Positions 32,576 through 43,401 of a stretch of 64,000 nt of DNA are shown one piece after another. Below the pieces are notes generated by a model, which was not told the origin of the DNA, made no database searches, and saw only the letters and a program-made list of their open reading frames with translations. Every line of letters starts with the position of its first letter. Within the stretch, counting starts at the first letter, position 1. Source of the stretch: Candidatus Binatia bacterium (lineage in GTDB: Bacteria > Desulfobacterota > Binatia > UBA9968 > CAXXLF01); NCBI GenBank assembly GCA_963664015.2, contig CAXXLF010000001.1, positions 608,001-672,000 of the forward strand, in the 5' to 3' direction. Position numbers and translations under genes: made by a program.

Positions 32576-33637
32576 ATGCAGATCATCGATGCCGACGCCC
32601 ATATCATTGAGAATGAACGAACCTGGGACTACATGACCGAAGAGGAGCAGGCCTTCCGGCCGCTGGTGGTGATTCCCAAGCGGGGCGTCGTGGATAGTGC
32701 ATCGGGACTCCCCGGAGGACTCCGCAATTTCGAGGAGCTATGGGTCATCGAAGGCAGGGTCTTTTCCAAGCGATCGACCTTCGTCAGCAATGAAATGTCA
32801 GAAGGGGCTCGCGAGATCTCCGACATCGATGCACGGCTCAAACATATGGACGAACTTGGCGTGGACGTCCATGTCCTCTACCCGAGCTTGTTGGGCCCCC
32901 TCACCCGCCGCCCAGAGGTGGAACTGGCATTGCGCCGCAGTTACAACCGTTGGATCGCGGACATTTGCCGAAGGGGCAATGGAAGGCTTCGCTGGATCGC
33001 GGTCCTACCCCTGCTGACCATGGACAAGTCCATTGAAGAGCTGCGTTGGGCCAAAGAAAACGGTGCATGCGGTTTCATGATGCACGGCGTCGAAAGCGAT
33101 CGACGGCTTTCGGCCCCCTACTTTTTTCCGCTTTACGAAGAAGCCGGCGACCTGGATCTCCCGGTTTGCATTCACGCGTCATCGGGTAGCGCGGCCATGC
33201 ACGATATTTTCGGCCAGGACTCGGGATTCTCTACCTTCAAGCTTCCCATAGTCGGTGCCTTTCACGACCTCATTATGAAAGGAACACCGGCCATGTTTCC
33301 CAAAGTTCGATGGGCCTTTGTCGAGGTCAGCGCCCAGTGGATACCGTATGCGATGAACGACCTGGAGCTTCGTTTCCGTAGGCGCGGTATGCATTGGTCA
33401 GGGGCCAATCTCCTGAGGGAGAACCGCATGTACGTAGCCTGCCAGACGGCCGACGATCTACCTTTGGTTCTTCAATGCGCGGGGCCCGACAACATCGTCA
33501 TCGGATCAGACTATGGACACAATGACACCTCAGCGGAGCTGGAGGCCCTGAAAAATCTCAAAGGTAAAGGTACGGTACCGCCCGAATCCGTCGATAAGAT
33601 CCTTTACGAAAACCCCAAGCGTCTCTATGCACTATAA
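32576..33637 (+). CDS. Amidohydrolase family 2 protein
   Basis: IDADAH, HMDELGVD, CIH, GSDYGH.D. Confidence 0.85.
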   Translation: MQIIDADAHIIENERTWDYMTEEEQAFRPLVVIPKRGVVDSASGLPGGLRNFEELWVIEGRVFSKRSTFVSNEMSEGAREISDIDARLKHMDELGVDVHVLYPSLLGPLTRRPEVELALRRSYNRWIADICRRGNGRLRWIAVLPLLTMDKSIEELRWAKENGACGFMMHGVESDRRLSAPYFFPLYEEAGDLDLPVCIHASSGSAAMHDIFGQDSGFSTFKLPIVGAFHDLIMKGTPAMFPKVRWAFVEVSAQWIPYAMNDLELRFRRRGMHWSGANLLRENRMYVACQTADDLPLVLQCAGPDNIVIGSDYGHNDTSAELEALKNLKGKGTVPPESVDKILYENPKRLYAL

Positions 33638-33702
33638 CCCCGTGCGCATCAGCATAGTCTGATGGCAACCCACAATCACCAGGAAGAAAGAAGGATATTC
33701 CC

Positions 33703-34428
33703 ATGAAAGGACAGGCAGCAGTTGTAACCGGCGGTGCAAAGGGGGTCGGCCGTTACATCGCCCAGGGGTTGGCCAAGGAGGGAGTCCGGGTCGTTATTGC
33801 AGACACGGACTCCGAACCTCTGGAGCGGACCCGTAAAGAGTTAGCCGGCATGACTTCCGACGCCTTCAGTCTTCGTGTGGACGTCACAAAAGAGGACGAA
33901 GTCAAAGACTTGATGGCCCAGGCAGCCGATCGCTTCGGTCAAATCGATATCCTCGTCACCTGCGCGGGGATTGTTCCTCATTTTGCGTGGGGGGTGCCCA
34001 AGTGGCCCAGGATCCGAGATATGGACAAACCCTTTTGGGATCAGGTGATCCAGACCAACCTGGGAGGTGTTTTTCTCTGCACCAAACACGTCACTCCTTA
34101 CATGCAGAAACGCAAATCCGGTCATATCGTGAATATGCATGGCGGTGGCGGCGAGATCGGAGCCTGCGCTTACGTTGTTACGAAAGATGCCGTCCGCACC
34201 TTCACCCGTTTCGTAGCCGAAGAAGTGCGCGAGGACAACATCTGTGTTGTGTGCGTTTCACCTGGCGGTTCCGTTTCCTTCGATTATTCTCCGGAGGAAG
34301 CGCGCAAGAACGTGCGCGGGGTAGAGGCTCTGGGAAACCGCTTTATCCTGGCCGCCCAGGCGGACATGGAGTTATCGGGCAAGCTTGTTACCCTAACCAA
34401 CGGTCGCCTGACTGTGACCGACCATTAG
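33703..34428 (+). CDS. SDR family oxidoreductase, copy 1
   Basis: TGGAKGVG, YVVTK. Confidence 0.85.
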   Translation: MKGQAAVVTGGAKGVGRYIAQGLAKEGVRVVIADTDSEPLERTRKELAGMTSDAFSLRVDVTKEDEVKDLMAQAADRFGQIDILVTCAGIVPHFAWGVPKWPRIRDMDKPFWDQVIQTNLGGVFLCTKHVTPYMQKRKSGHIVNMHGGGGEIGACAYVVTKDAVRTFTRFVAEEVREDNICVVCVSPGGSVSFDYSPEEARKNVRGVEALGNRFILAAQADMELSGKLVTLTNGRLTVTDH

Positions 34429-34452
34429 ATGCTTCTTGAAAGGGAGGAAGCG

Positions 34453-35184
34453 ATGCAAGGCCAAGTAACAATAGTCACCGGCGGAGCCAAAGGTATCGGC
34501 CGCTATATTGCCCATGGATTCGCTAGAGAAGGTGCTAAGGTGGCCATTGCTGATATTGACACCGAGCCATTGGAACGGACTCGCAAGGAATTGGAAGGTA
34601 TGACCTCGAAGGTGCTAAGTGGCAAGGTCAATGTCAGGAATGAGGACGAGGTTCGAACATTTTTCGGTCAAGTAGCGAACCAACTGGGGCAGATCGATGT
34701 CCTGGTCAACTGTGCGGGATTGGTTCCTCACTTTAATTGGGGAGTACAGAAGTGGGCGGCCATTCGAGACATGGACAAGAGTTTTTGGGACAGTGTCATC
34801 GAGACAAACCTGGGAGGCACCTTCCACTGCACTAAACACGTTATTCCCTTCATGGAACAACGGAGGTCCGGCCATATTGTTAACCTTTTCGGCGGTGGAC
34901 GGGACATCGGGGCGTGTGCTTACGTTGTCTCAAAGGAGGCGATCCGCACATTTACCCGTATGGTCGCCGATGAAGTACGGGAGTCGAACATCTGCGTCGT
35001 CGCCACCGCCCCGGAGGGCGCAGTTGCCACGGAGGATGCCCCAGAGGAAGCTCGCAAGCGACTGCCAGGTCCCGAATCGCTGGGCAACCGCTTCATCTTG
35101 GCTGCCCAAGCGGGCATGGAGTTTTCAGGAAAACTGCTCACGTCTAAGGATGGCCGGCTGGCCGTGCGGACTCCCGGATCCTAG
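34453..35184 (+). CDS. SDR family oxidoreductase, copy 2
   Basis: TGGAKGIG, YVVSK; paralogue of preceding gene. Confidence 0.85.
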   Translation: MQGQVTIVTGGAKGIGRYIAHGFAREGAKVAIADIDTEPLERTRKELEGMTSKVLSGKVNVRNEDEVRTFFGQVANQLGQIDVLVNCAGLVPHFNWGVQKWAAIRDMDKSFWDSVIETNLGGTFHCTKHVIPFMEQRRSGHIVNLFGGGRDIGACAYVVSKEAIRTFTRMVADEVRESNICVVATAPEGAVATEDAPEEARKRLPGPESLGNRFILAAQAGMEFSGKLLTSKDGRLAVRTPGS

Positions 35185-35208
35185 TAACGTTAACCTCCAC
35201 TGTTCCCA

Positions 35209-36096
35209 TCAGGTCGCATTCAACTCCAAGGACTTCGCCAGATCAAGAGTACGCCGGGCTCGTTCTACAATGGGTCGGTCAATCAACTGGCCGCCAAAGG
35301 AGATGGATCCGTCGCCACGAGCTACCGCATCTTCGTAAGCTTTGATGACAGCGTTGGCATGTCGGATCTCCTCTTCCGTGGGACTAAAAACACTATTGAT
35401 CGGGTCGATCTGGGACGGATGAATCGAAGACATACCGGTAAACCCCAGTCGCCGTGACTGGCGTGCAAAGGACCACAGCCCCTCGGCGTCCTGCAGGTCC
35501 ACCCACACACCGTCAACGGCTTGCACGTGGGCCGATGCAGCGGCCACCACCATGGCCGAACGGGCGTAGAGCATATCCCTAGCCTCTCCCTCCCTAACGG
35601 TGGGAAGCCCCAACTCTCGCCCGAAGTCTTCGGCCCCAAATATCAAACCCGCAACGCGGGGGGAGCATGCTGCAATAGAGGCGGCGTTAATCAATCCTCT
35701 GGGACTCTCGATGGCAATCAGCAGTCTCACCCTGCCCCGTTCCATACCATGACGGGTCTCTTGATCCTGAATGACACTGTCCACCTTGAGCACCTCTTCA
35801 GGGGTTTCAACCTTGGGGAGAACCAGCCCATCGAGCCCCGGGAGCAGCGCCGCGCCCAAGTCGGCGTCCATACGGGCATGGCCAATGGCATTGATACGTA
35901 CGAATCGGGCAGGAGCGTTGGGGATACGCTCGCGTCCCAACGCCTCCCTGATCTGTTTTCGCGCCGTATCCTTCTCACTGGGCGCCACCCCATCTTCAAT
36001 GTCCAGCATGATCGCATCCACATTGAGTCCCAGCGCCTTATCGACCATGCGCTGCCGGTGACCCGGCACAAACATCCACGAACGATAAAGAATCAT
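35209..36096 (-). CDS. CitE-like CoA-ester lyase (citramalyl-CoA lyase-like)
   Basis: RSWMFVPG, LDIEDGV, VRIN, LPKVE, IES, FGAED, IHPSQI. Confidence 0.88.
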   Translation of the reverse strand: MILYRSWMFVPGHRQRMVDKALGLNVDAIMLDIEDGVAPSEKDTARKQIREALGRERIPNAPARFVRINAIGHARMDADLGAALLPGLDGLVLPKVETPEEVLKVDSVIQDQETRHGMERGRVRLLIAIESPRGLINAASIAACSPRVAGLIFGAEDFGRELGLPTVREGEARDMLYARSAMVVAAASAHVQAVDGVWVDLQDAEGLWSFARQSRRLGFTGMSSIHPSQIDPINSVFSPTEEEIRHANAVIKAYEDAVARGDGSISFGGQLIDRPIVERARRTLDLAKSLELNAT

Positions 36097-36261
36097 ATTA
36101 TCTCCAGTCAATGAAGTCTGACACCCGAACTGCCGCCCGGTTGACACTGTCCCCAACCGTAGGCTACGTTCAACGAAGATCGTGCTATACTATCAGTTAA
36201 AAGAATCATCTAGAATTCCCTCCAGCCCTGCTTGGACTCAAATTAAGGCCCCCCATTACAG

Positions 36262-37479
36262 ATGAAGGCAAGCACCCTCAAGCTCTGCCTCCCGGTTGCC
36301 GCGATCACCGCCCAGCAGTCTGCCACCGGGATTACAATTCCCCCATTTCTTAACGACCTCCAATATCCTGTTTCCGCCATCGGGGCCCTCATCGCCATTG
36401 CCCCCATGGTCTCCTTTTCCGCTCGCCTACCCGCCGGATTCATCTATAGAGGGGACCGGGCAAGATTCCAGATGGCAGTGGCCCTATCCCTGATCATTCT
36501 CTGTAATCTTTGCTACGGCTTTGCCGTCAGTCCCCTGTTCTTCGCCCTGGTCCACGCCCTCAATGGATTCGCCCTGGGGGCAGCGACCACCTTCTACCTG
36601 GCCTTTTTCGTAGACCGGCTTCCTCCCGACGAGGACCGTCACCATGCAATGGGTTACTATGCAGGCGCTCTGGCCATAGGCCATTCCAGTGGTGGACTTG
36701 TCGCCGGGATGATCGCTGACCGATTCGGCTATGCGAACAGTTTCAGATTTGCCGCCCTCGTCGCGTTGACCGCTCTGGCAATTCTTCCCTTTCTCAAGTC
36801 ACCTGCATCTCCCAAGACAAAGGGCGAGCTCGACCGGCCAAAGATCAGACCAACCCTCAAGCAATCTCTGCGGGCCGCTATCAACCCGCAAGTTGGGACT
36901 ATTGTAGTCGTCGCCGTTTTTCTAAACATGATCCACCAATTGCACACCGCCTTCATCCCCCTTTACAGCCTGGCCGTAGGGCTGACGTTGACCCAAGCCG
37001 GACTTATCAAAGGGACCCATGCCCTGTGCAATGCTATTACGCGTCCGCTGAGCGGGTACGTCGTGAAAGGCATCGGCGCCAAGAAGCTATCCCGAGCTGC
37101 CCTGCCGCTACAAGCGGCCACGATTATGCTGGTTCCCTTCTTTAACCATCTGGGACCTTTACTCATTATCTTCACCGTCGTCGGATTCCTGAGGGCCATC
37201 GTGCTAGTCGCCAATACCATCAGCATCATAGAAGACGTGGACGAGACCCGGGTCAGCCGGGGAGTTGCCTCGGGGGTTTATCACGCCGCAGGAGACCTGG
37301 GGGTCGTACTCGGTCCCAGCATGGGTGGGCTCATCGCCTCGTTTACAGGCATTGCCCGTCTCTTTTTCGTCGGTCCCCTTTTAATTGCCATCCTTTTTTC
37401 CATCAGCCTGTGGTGCACCCGATTTCTCGGCGCACTGGAACAACGGAGCCTCCATGCTGGGAAATCGTCCACTCAGTGA
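36262..37479 (+). CDS. MFS transporter
   Basis: Multiple hydrophobic helices, GMIADRFG. Confidence 0.8.
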   Translation: MKASTLKLCLPVAAITAQQSATGITIPPFLNDLQYPVSAIGALIAIAPMVSFSARLPAGFIYRGDRARFQMAVALSLIILCNLCYGFAVSPLFFALVHALNGFALGAATTFYLAFFVDRLPPDEDRHHAMGYYAGALAIGHSSGGLVAGMIADRFGYANSFRFAALVALTALAILPFLKSPASPKTKGELDRPKIRPTLKQSLRAAINPQVGTIVVVAVFLNMIHQLHTAFIPLYSLAVGLTLTQAGLIKGTHALCNAITRPLSGYVVKGIGAKKLSRAALPLQAATIMLVPFFNHLGPLLIIFTVVGFLRAIVLVANTISIIEDVDETRVSRGVASGVYHAAGDLGVVLGPSMGGLIASFTGIARLFFVGPLLIAILFSISLWCTRFLGALEQRSLHAGKSSTQ

Positions 37480-37499
37480 CTCCCCCCATTTACATACCA

Positions 37500-38660
37500 T
37501 CAATAGGATTTCGGCATGCCCAGAACATGTTGCCCCAAATAGGCTAGCACTAAATTGTTGCTCACCGGCGCCACGGTGAGCAGCCGGGTCTCTCGAAATT
37601 TTCGCTCCACATCGTAATCTACAGAAAACCCGTAACCGCCGTGGGTGGTCAAACAGGCGTTGGCCGCATCCCAAGCGGCCTCCGAGGCCAGCAGCTTGGC
37701 CATATTCGCCTCAGCCCCGCATTTCGCTCCCGCATCGAACTTGGTTGCCGCTTGAAACCGCACCAGGTTGGCCGCTTCGATTCGGGCGTGGGCATGAGCG
37801 ATGGGGAACTGAATCCCCTGATTGGAACCGATGGCACGACCAAAGACCTTTCGCTCCTTGGCGTAATTGGATGACCGCTCAACGAACCAGCGGCCGTCTC
37901 CGATAGCCTCCGACGCCACTAAAATCCGCTCCGCGTTCCAGCCGTCGATGATGTAACGAAACCCCATTCCCTCTTCGCCGATAAGGTTCTTGGCAGGCAC
38001 CTCGAGACCGTCGAAAAAAAGCGTACTGGTATGGTGATTGACCATCAGATCGAGGGGTTTGATATCGAGCTTCCCCTTGGCCTCACGAAGATCCACAATA
38101 AATACCGAAAGTCCACGAGTCTTGTCCTTTAACTCATTGTAGGGAGTGGTCCGGGCAAGCAGCAACATGAGATCCGAATGATCCACTCGGGAAATAAAAA
38201 TCTTTTGCCCGGTGATCCGATAATATTTCCCCTTGCGCTCCGCACGGGTCTGAATGCGCGTTGTTTCCGAACCCGCATCGGGCTCGGTGACGGCAAAGGC
38301 CTGGAGCCGTAGCTCGCCGCGGGCCACCTTGGGGAGATAACGCTGCTTTTGATCGGGACTGCCGTGTTTGAGCAGCGTACCCATGGTATACATCTGGGCA
38401 TGGCAGGCCGTGGCCGTGCCGCCCGAGCGGTTGATCTCTTCCAATATGATACTGGCCTCGGTAATGCCAAGTCCGCTGCCTCCGTATTCTTCCGGGATAA
38501 GGGCTCCAAGCCAGCCGAGCTCGGTTAATTTGCGGACGAAGGCCTCCGGGTATTCCCGTTTTCGATCTACCTCGCGCCAGTAGACATCAGGAAACTCACG
38601 GCACACCTTGCGAATCTCATCCTGGATCTGCAACTGCTCTTGGGTGAAGTTCAAGTCCAT
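37500..38660 (-). CDS. Acyl-CoA dehydrogenase
   Basis: IPEEYGGSG, TEPDAGS, GQKIFIS, R.VFGRAI, HGGYGF. Confidence 0.92.
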   Translation of the reverse strand: MDLNFTQEQLQIQDEIRKVCREFPDVYWREVDRKREYPEAFVRKLTELGWLGALIPEEYGGSGLGITEASIILEEINRSGGTATACHAQMYTMGTLLKHGSPDQKQRYLPKVARGELRLQAFAVTEPDAGSETTRIQTRAERKGKYYRITGQKIFISRVDHSDLMLLLARTTPYNELKDKTRGLSVFIVDLREAKGKLDIKPLDLMVNHHTSTLFFDGLEVPAKNLIGEEGMGFRYIIDGWNAERILVASEAIGDGRWFVERSSNYAKERKVFGRAIGSNQGIQFPIAHAHARIEAANLVRFQAATKFDAGAKCGAEANMAKLLASEAAWDAANACLTTHGGYGFSVDYDVERKFRETRLLTVAPVSNNLVLAYLGQHVLGMPKSY

Positions 38661-38792
38661 GGGCCCCTCCTAACCACGCAAACTGTAACATACCTCCCGG
38701 CGAGACAAATACAAATTTCACCCTACCGCCCACTTTGCACTTTTTCGCGGGCCTTGTATTATACAGCAAAGCTCGAGGGGAGGGTCTAAAAC

Positions 38793-39302
38793 ATGGCTAT
38801 CAAGCGCGGCTGGGAAGGCCGCTACTTTGAAGACTTTACTGTAGGTGACGTTTACCGGTGCCGCTTGGGACGAACCATATCCGAGGCGGACAATACCTGG
38901 TTTACCCTGCTCACCAACAATACCAACCAGATCCATTTCAACTCCGAGTACGCCAAAGAGACCGAGTTTGGTAAGTGCCTGGTCAACAGCGCGTTGACTT
39001 TGGCCATTGTGGCCGGGTTGGGAGTGGCGGATGTTAGCGAGAACGGGTTTGCCTTGGGATGGGATGAGATCAAGCTACCCCGGCCGGTTTTTGCCGGTGA
39101 CACGGTCTATTCGGAATCCGAAGTCCTGGAAAAACGCGAGTCCAAGTCCAAGCCCCAATGGGGGATCGTCAAGGTCCGTACACGGGGGGTCAATCAAGAC
39201 GGGAATGTCGTCATCGATTACTCGCGTTCCGTCATGGTCTGGAAGCAAGCCCACGCCCCCAAGACGGACCTGTTCCCGGAGGTGAAGAGTGAGTCAAAAT
39301 GA
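38793..39302 (+). CDS. MaoC-family (R)-hydratase (RipB/Ich-like)
   Basis: GRYFEDF.VGD, GRTISEADN.WFTLLT.N.NQIH, PVFAGDT. Confidence 0.85.
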   Translation: MAIKRGWEGRYFEDFTVGDVYRCRLGRTISEADNTWFTLLTNNTNQIHFNSEYAKETEFGKCLVNSALTLAIVAGLGVADVSENGFALGWDEIKLPRPVFAGDTVYSESEVLEKRESKSKPQWGIVKVRTRGVNQDGNVVIDYSRSVMVWKQAHAPKTDLFPEVKSESK

Positions 39303-40491
39303 GCCCGGCACCCATAGGGCGCTCGAAGGTGTCCAAGTGGTTGCCTTCGAACAGGTCCTCTCCGGCCCTTTCAGCACGCTGCTTTTAAGCGACATGGGAG
39401 CGGATGTCATAAAAATCGAAAAACCCGGCACCGGCGATCTGATTCGGCACTGGGATAGCGCCGTTCGAGGTCTTTCTTCCGGTTACGTCTGGCTCAATCG
39501 CAATAAAAAGAGTCTTACGGTCGATGCGAAGCGTGACAAAGGACAGGAGATAATTCGTCGTTTGCTGCAAAAGGCTGACGTTTTCTTTGAAAACGCCTCA
39601 CCGGGGGCGGCGGCCCGGCTCGGATTGGATTACGATACTCTTTCGGCCTTAAATCCCCGGCTCATCTACTGCTCAATTTCCGGCTATGGGCAGGACGGAC
39701 CTTACCGGGATGTGAAGGCCTACGATCTTCTGATTCAGGGGGAGGCGGGAATCATCGCGACCACAGGCTACCCGGATAAACCGGCGCGGGCGAGTCTCCC
39801 CATCGTGGATATTGCGGCGGGTATGTACGCGGCATTGGGAATCACCCTGGCCCTTTATCAGCGGGAAAAGACGGGCCGCGGGCAAGCCATTGACATTTCC
39901 ATGTTCGAGTCCATCGTTTCCTGGCTGGGCTATTTTCCACACCACTACTGGCACCGTGGCGAAGAACCCGGGCGCATCGGGATGCGCCATCCTTACGTGA
40001 CCCCTTACGGCCCTTACCTCGCCCGCGATCAGCAGTACGTGAACCTGGCGGTGGCCACGAATCAGGATTGGGAGACCCTTTGCCGCGACGTAATCGATCG
40101 CCCGGATTTCCTCTCGGACTCGCGCTTCGCGACGGTCGAGGCGAGAAGAGAAAACCGTGATGTCCTCGAAAAAACCATGGAAGAGATCTTTCTCCACCAT
40201 GACCACGACACCTGGCTCGAGCGACTCAAGAAGGCAAAGCTTCCCAACGGCGAGGTTCGAGGCATCGCACAGGTCCTCGCCCACCCCCAGATTCTCGCAC
40301 GCAAGTTCATACGCGAAGTGAATTCTCCGGTCGGATCCGTCCCCGTTATCGGTAACCCTTTACGCCTGTCCGACAGTCCAGCACGTTACGACCGAATTCC
40401 TGACCTGGGTGAGGATACAAACGCCATACTTCAACAACTCGGCTACAGCCCTTCGGACATTGACAAACTCCGCGAAGAAAAAGTGATTTAA
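39289..40491 (+). CDS. Class III CoA transferase (CaiB/BaiF)
   Basis: DMGADVIKIE, NRNKKS, SISGYGQDGPY...AYD. Confidence 0.9.
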   Translation: MSQNEPGTHRALEGVQVVAFEQVLSGPFSTLLLSDMGADVIKIEKPGTGDLIRHWDSAVRGLSSGYVWLNRNKKSLTVDAKRDKGQEIIRRLLQKADVFFENASPGAAARLGLDYDTLSALNPRLIYCSISGYGQDGPYRDVKAYDLLIQGEAGIIATTGYPDKPARASLPIVDIAAGMYAALGITLALYQREKTGRGQAIDISMFESIVSWLGYFPHHYWHRGEEPGRIGMRHPYVTPYGPYLARDQQYVNLAVATNQDWETLCRDVIDRPDFLSDSRFATVEARRENRDVLEKTMEEIFLHHDHDTWLERLKKAKLPNGEVRGIAQVLAHPQILARKFIREVNSPVGSVPVIGNPLRLSDSPARYDRIPDLGEDTNAILQQLGYSPSDIDKLREEKVI

Positions 40492-40613
40492 AATTCCGCA
40501 ACCACGCATGAGGGAAAGGGGCCCCCAAACACTATTTTTCACTCAGAACAACAACCGCAACAACTTGAAAAAACGAGTCGGGTAAAGTAGTTAGTTCATC
40601 AGAGGATCACACT

Positions 40614-43307
40614 ATGGCACAAGAAGAATTCGATAGTTTTAGCACTCGATCGACCTTGAAGGTCGGAAACCAATCGTACGAGATTTATCGCCTGGATCTC
40701 TTGGAGATGGCCGGGATTAAAGATGTCGCCCGCTTACCAGTCTCCATCCGGATCCTGCTAGAAAACCTGCTGCGCAATGAGGACGGCCGGCTGGTCAACA
40801 AAGGGGACATTGAAGCCCTAGCCCGCTGGAGTCCCACGGCCAAGCAAGACAAAGAGATCGCCTTCATGCCCGCTCGTGTCCTCTTGCAAGACTTCACCGG
40901 GGTACCGGCCATAGTGGACCTTGCCGCCATGAGGAGCGCGATGGAGCGAATGGGCGGCGATCCCGAACGCATCAACCCCCTGCAGCCGGTGGACCTGGTC
41001 ATCGACCATTCGGTACAGGTGGATCGCTTTGGCTCCCCTGAGGCCTTTCAGGCCAATGCCCGGCTGGAGCTGGAACGCAACATGGAACGCTATGCCTTTC
41101 TACGCTGGGGACAAAAGGGTTTCCGCAACTTCCGGGTCGTTCCTCCGGATACGGGTATCGTGCACCAGATCAATCTGGAGTATCTGGCACAAACCGTATT
41201 CAGCACCGAGCGGGGTGGAACGAAGCTTGCCTATCCGGACACCCTGGTGGGCACCGATTCCCATACGACGATGATCAACGGGCTCGGCGTTGTCGGTTGG
41301 GGTGTGGGCGGTATCGAGGCAGAAGCGGCTATGCTCGGACAGCCTTTGATCATGCTCATCCCACAGGTCATCGGTTTCAAACTCTACGGTCGGATGCCCG
41401 AGGGGGCAACCGCCACAGATCTGGTACTAACCTTCACCCAGATGCTGCGCAAGAAAGGCGTCGTAGAGAAGTTTGTTGAATTTTACGGCCCCGGGCTTTC
41501 CACGCTAGCCCTCGCCGACCGGGCCACCATAAGCAACATGTGCCCGGAATATGGGGCGACCATCGGCTTTTTTCCGGTCGATGACGAGACCCTGAAGTAT
41601 CTGGCCTTTACCGGCCGCGAACCCGAGCGCGTTCAACTGGTGGAAGCCTACTGCAAGGAGCAGGGCCTTTACCGCAGCGATTCCTCTCCGGATCCGGTCT
41701 TCACCGACACCATGGAGCTCGACCTGTCAACAGTAGAGCCAAGCCTGGCGGGTCCCAAGAGGCCCCAGGATCGGGTCCCTCTCAAACAGGCCAAGGAAGC
41801 GTTCGCCGAAGCCCTCCCTACTATGCTCAAGAACGGTACGCCGACCCAGTCCGTTGCGGTCAGGTCCAACGGCGATCAATTCGAACTGACCCATGGCTCC
41901 GTGGTGATCTCGGCTATCACGAGCTGCACCAACACCTCAAATCCGTCGGTAATGATTGCCGCGGGATTGCTGGCCAAGAAGGCAGTGGAACGCGGCCTTA
42001 ATTCCAAACCCTGGGTTAAAACCAGCTTGGCACCTGGGTCCAAGGTGGTGACAGACTACCTTAAAAAGAGCGGCCTGCTCACCTATCTGGAAAAGCTGGG
42101 CTTTTATCTCGTCGGCTATGGATGTACCACCTGCATTGGCAACAGTGGCCCTCTCCCCGAACCCATCGACGCGGCCATTCAAGAAGGCGATCTGGTTGCA
42201 GCTGCCGTAGTTTCCGGGAACAGAAACTTCGAGGGGCGAATCCATCCCAGGGTGCGAGCCAATTACCTGGCATCGCCACCCCTGGTCGTAGCCTATGCGC
42301 TGGCCGGTCGGATGGACTTAAATCTGACCCAAGACCCTCTGGGACAGGATTCAAACGGGAACCCAGTTTACTTGAAAGAGATCTGGCCCACACCCGGTGA
42401 GATCCAGGACGCCATACGTTCTTCCCTCAAGTCCGAAATGTTCAAACAGCAATACGGCAAGGTCTTCGAGGGAGACCAGACCTGGAAAGAGCTGCCCGTC
42501 CCCGAGGGGCTGCTATTCGGCTGGGATGCCCAATCGACTTATGTCAAAGAACCTCCCTATTTTATCAATCTTCCTGCCCAGCCGGCGGATCCGGTAGATA
42601 TCCGTGGCGCCCGCACACTTGCCTTGCTAGGAGACTCCATCACGACCGACCATATCTCACCGGCGGGCTCAATAGAAAAAGACGGACCCGCCGCCCGTTA
42701 CTTCAAGGAACATGGCGTGGAGCCCAAAGACTTTAATTCCTACGGCGCCAGACGGGGAAACGATGAGGTCATGGTCCGCGGCACATTCGCCAATGTACGT
42801 TTGAAAAACCAGCTCGCTCCAGGAACCGAAGGGGGATGGACCGTCCACCTACCGGACAAGAAGCAGATGTTCATTTACGATGCTTCCATACAGTACCAGA
42901 AGGAAGGGACTCCCTTGATCGTCATTGCGGGGAAGGAATACGGCTCGGGTTCTTCAAGAGACTGGGCGGCCAAGGGGCCACGACTCCTCGGGGTCAAGGC
43001 GGTCATTGCAGAGAGCTACGAGCGTATCCATCGCAGCAACCTGATCGGAATGGGGATCTTACCCTTGCAATTCCAATCGGGACAGAACGCTCCAAGCCTG
43101 GGTCTCACCGGATTTGAGAGCTACGAAATTACTGGAATCGCAAGTGAACTTAGAGTGAAAAAAGAGCTTTCCGTCAAATGCCGAAGTGACGACGGCAAGG
43201 TAACAGAATTTAAAGCCACCTGCCGCATCGATACGCCGGCGGAGCTGGATTATTACCGAAATGGCGGCATATTGGAGTTCGTCTTGCGACAGCTGTTAAA
43301 AACTTAG
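40614..43307 (+). CDS. acnA: Aconitate hydratase A
   Basis: [51 protein letters not shown]. Confidence 0.97.
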   Translation: MAQEEFDSFSTRSTLKVGNQSYEIYRLDLLEMAGIKDVARLPVSIRILLENLLRNEDGRLVNKGDIEALARWSPTAKQDKEIAFMPARVLLQDFTGVPAIVDLAAMRSAMERMGGDPERINPLQPVDLVIDHSVQVDRFGSPEAFQANARLELERNMERYAFLRWGQKGFRNFRVVPPDTGIVHQINLEYLAQTVFSTERGGTKLAYPDTLVGTDSHTTMINGLGVVGWGVGGIEAEAAMLGQPLIMLIPQVIGFKLYGRMPEGATATDLVLTFTQMLRKKGVVEKFVEFYGPGLSTLALADRATISNMCPEYGATIGFFPVDDETLKYLAFTGREPERVQLVEAYCKEQGLYRSDSSPDPVFTDTMELDLSTVEPSLAGPKRPQDRVPLKQAKEAFAEALPTMLKNGTPTQSVAVRSNGDQFELTHGSVVISAITSCTNTSNPSVMIAAGLLAKKAVERGLNSKPWVKTSLAPGSKVVTDYLKKSGLLTYLEKLGFYLVGYGCTTCIGNSGPLPEPIDAAIQEGDLVAAAVVSGNRNFEGRIHPRVRANYLASPPLVVAYALAGRMDLNLTQDPLGQDSNGNPVYLKEIWPTPGEIQDAIRSSLKSEMFKQQYGKVFEGDQTWKELPVPEGLLFGWDAQSTYVKEPPYFINLPAQPADPVDIRGARTLALLGDSITTDHISPAGSIEKDGPAARYFKEHGVEPKDFNSYGARRGNDEVMVRGTFANVRLKNQLAPGTEGGWTVHLPDKKQMFIYDASIQYQKEGTPLIVIAGKEYGSGSSRDWAAKGPRLLGVKAVIAESYERIHRSNLIGMGILPLQFQSGQNAPSLGLTGFESYEITGIASELRVKKELSVKCRSDDGKVTEFKATCRIDTPAELDYYRNGGILEFVLRQLLKT

Positions 43308-43332
43308 CCGGAAAGACTGCTGACCAAAGACT

Positions 43333-43374
43333 AAAAAAGAAGGGGGAGCGTTTTTCGCGCTCCCCCTTTGCTTT
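43333..43374. terminator. Bidirectional intrinsic terminator
   Basis: AAGGGGGAGCG-loop-CGCTCCCCCTT with A and T tails between convergent genes. Confidence 0.8.
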
Positions 43375-43401
43375 ACGTACCGTTATGTTAGAGGCAACAA
43401 A

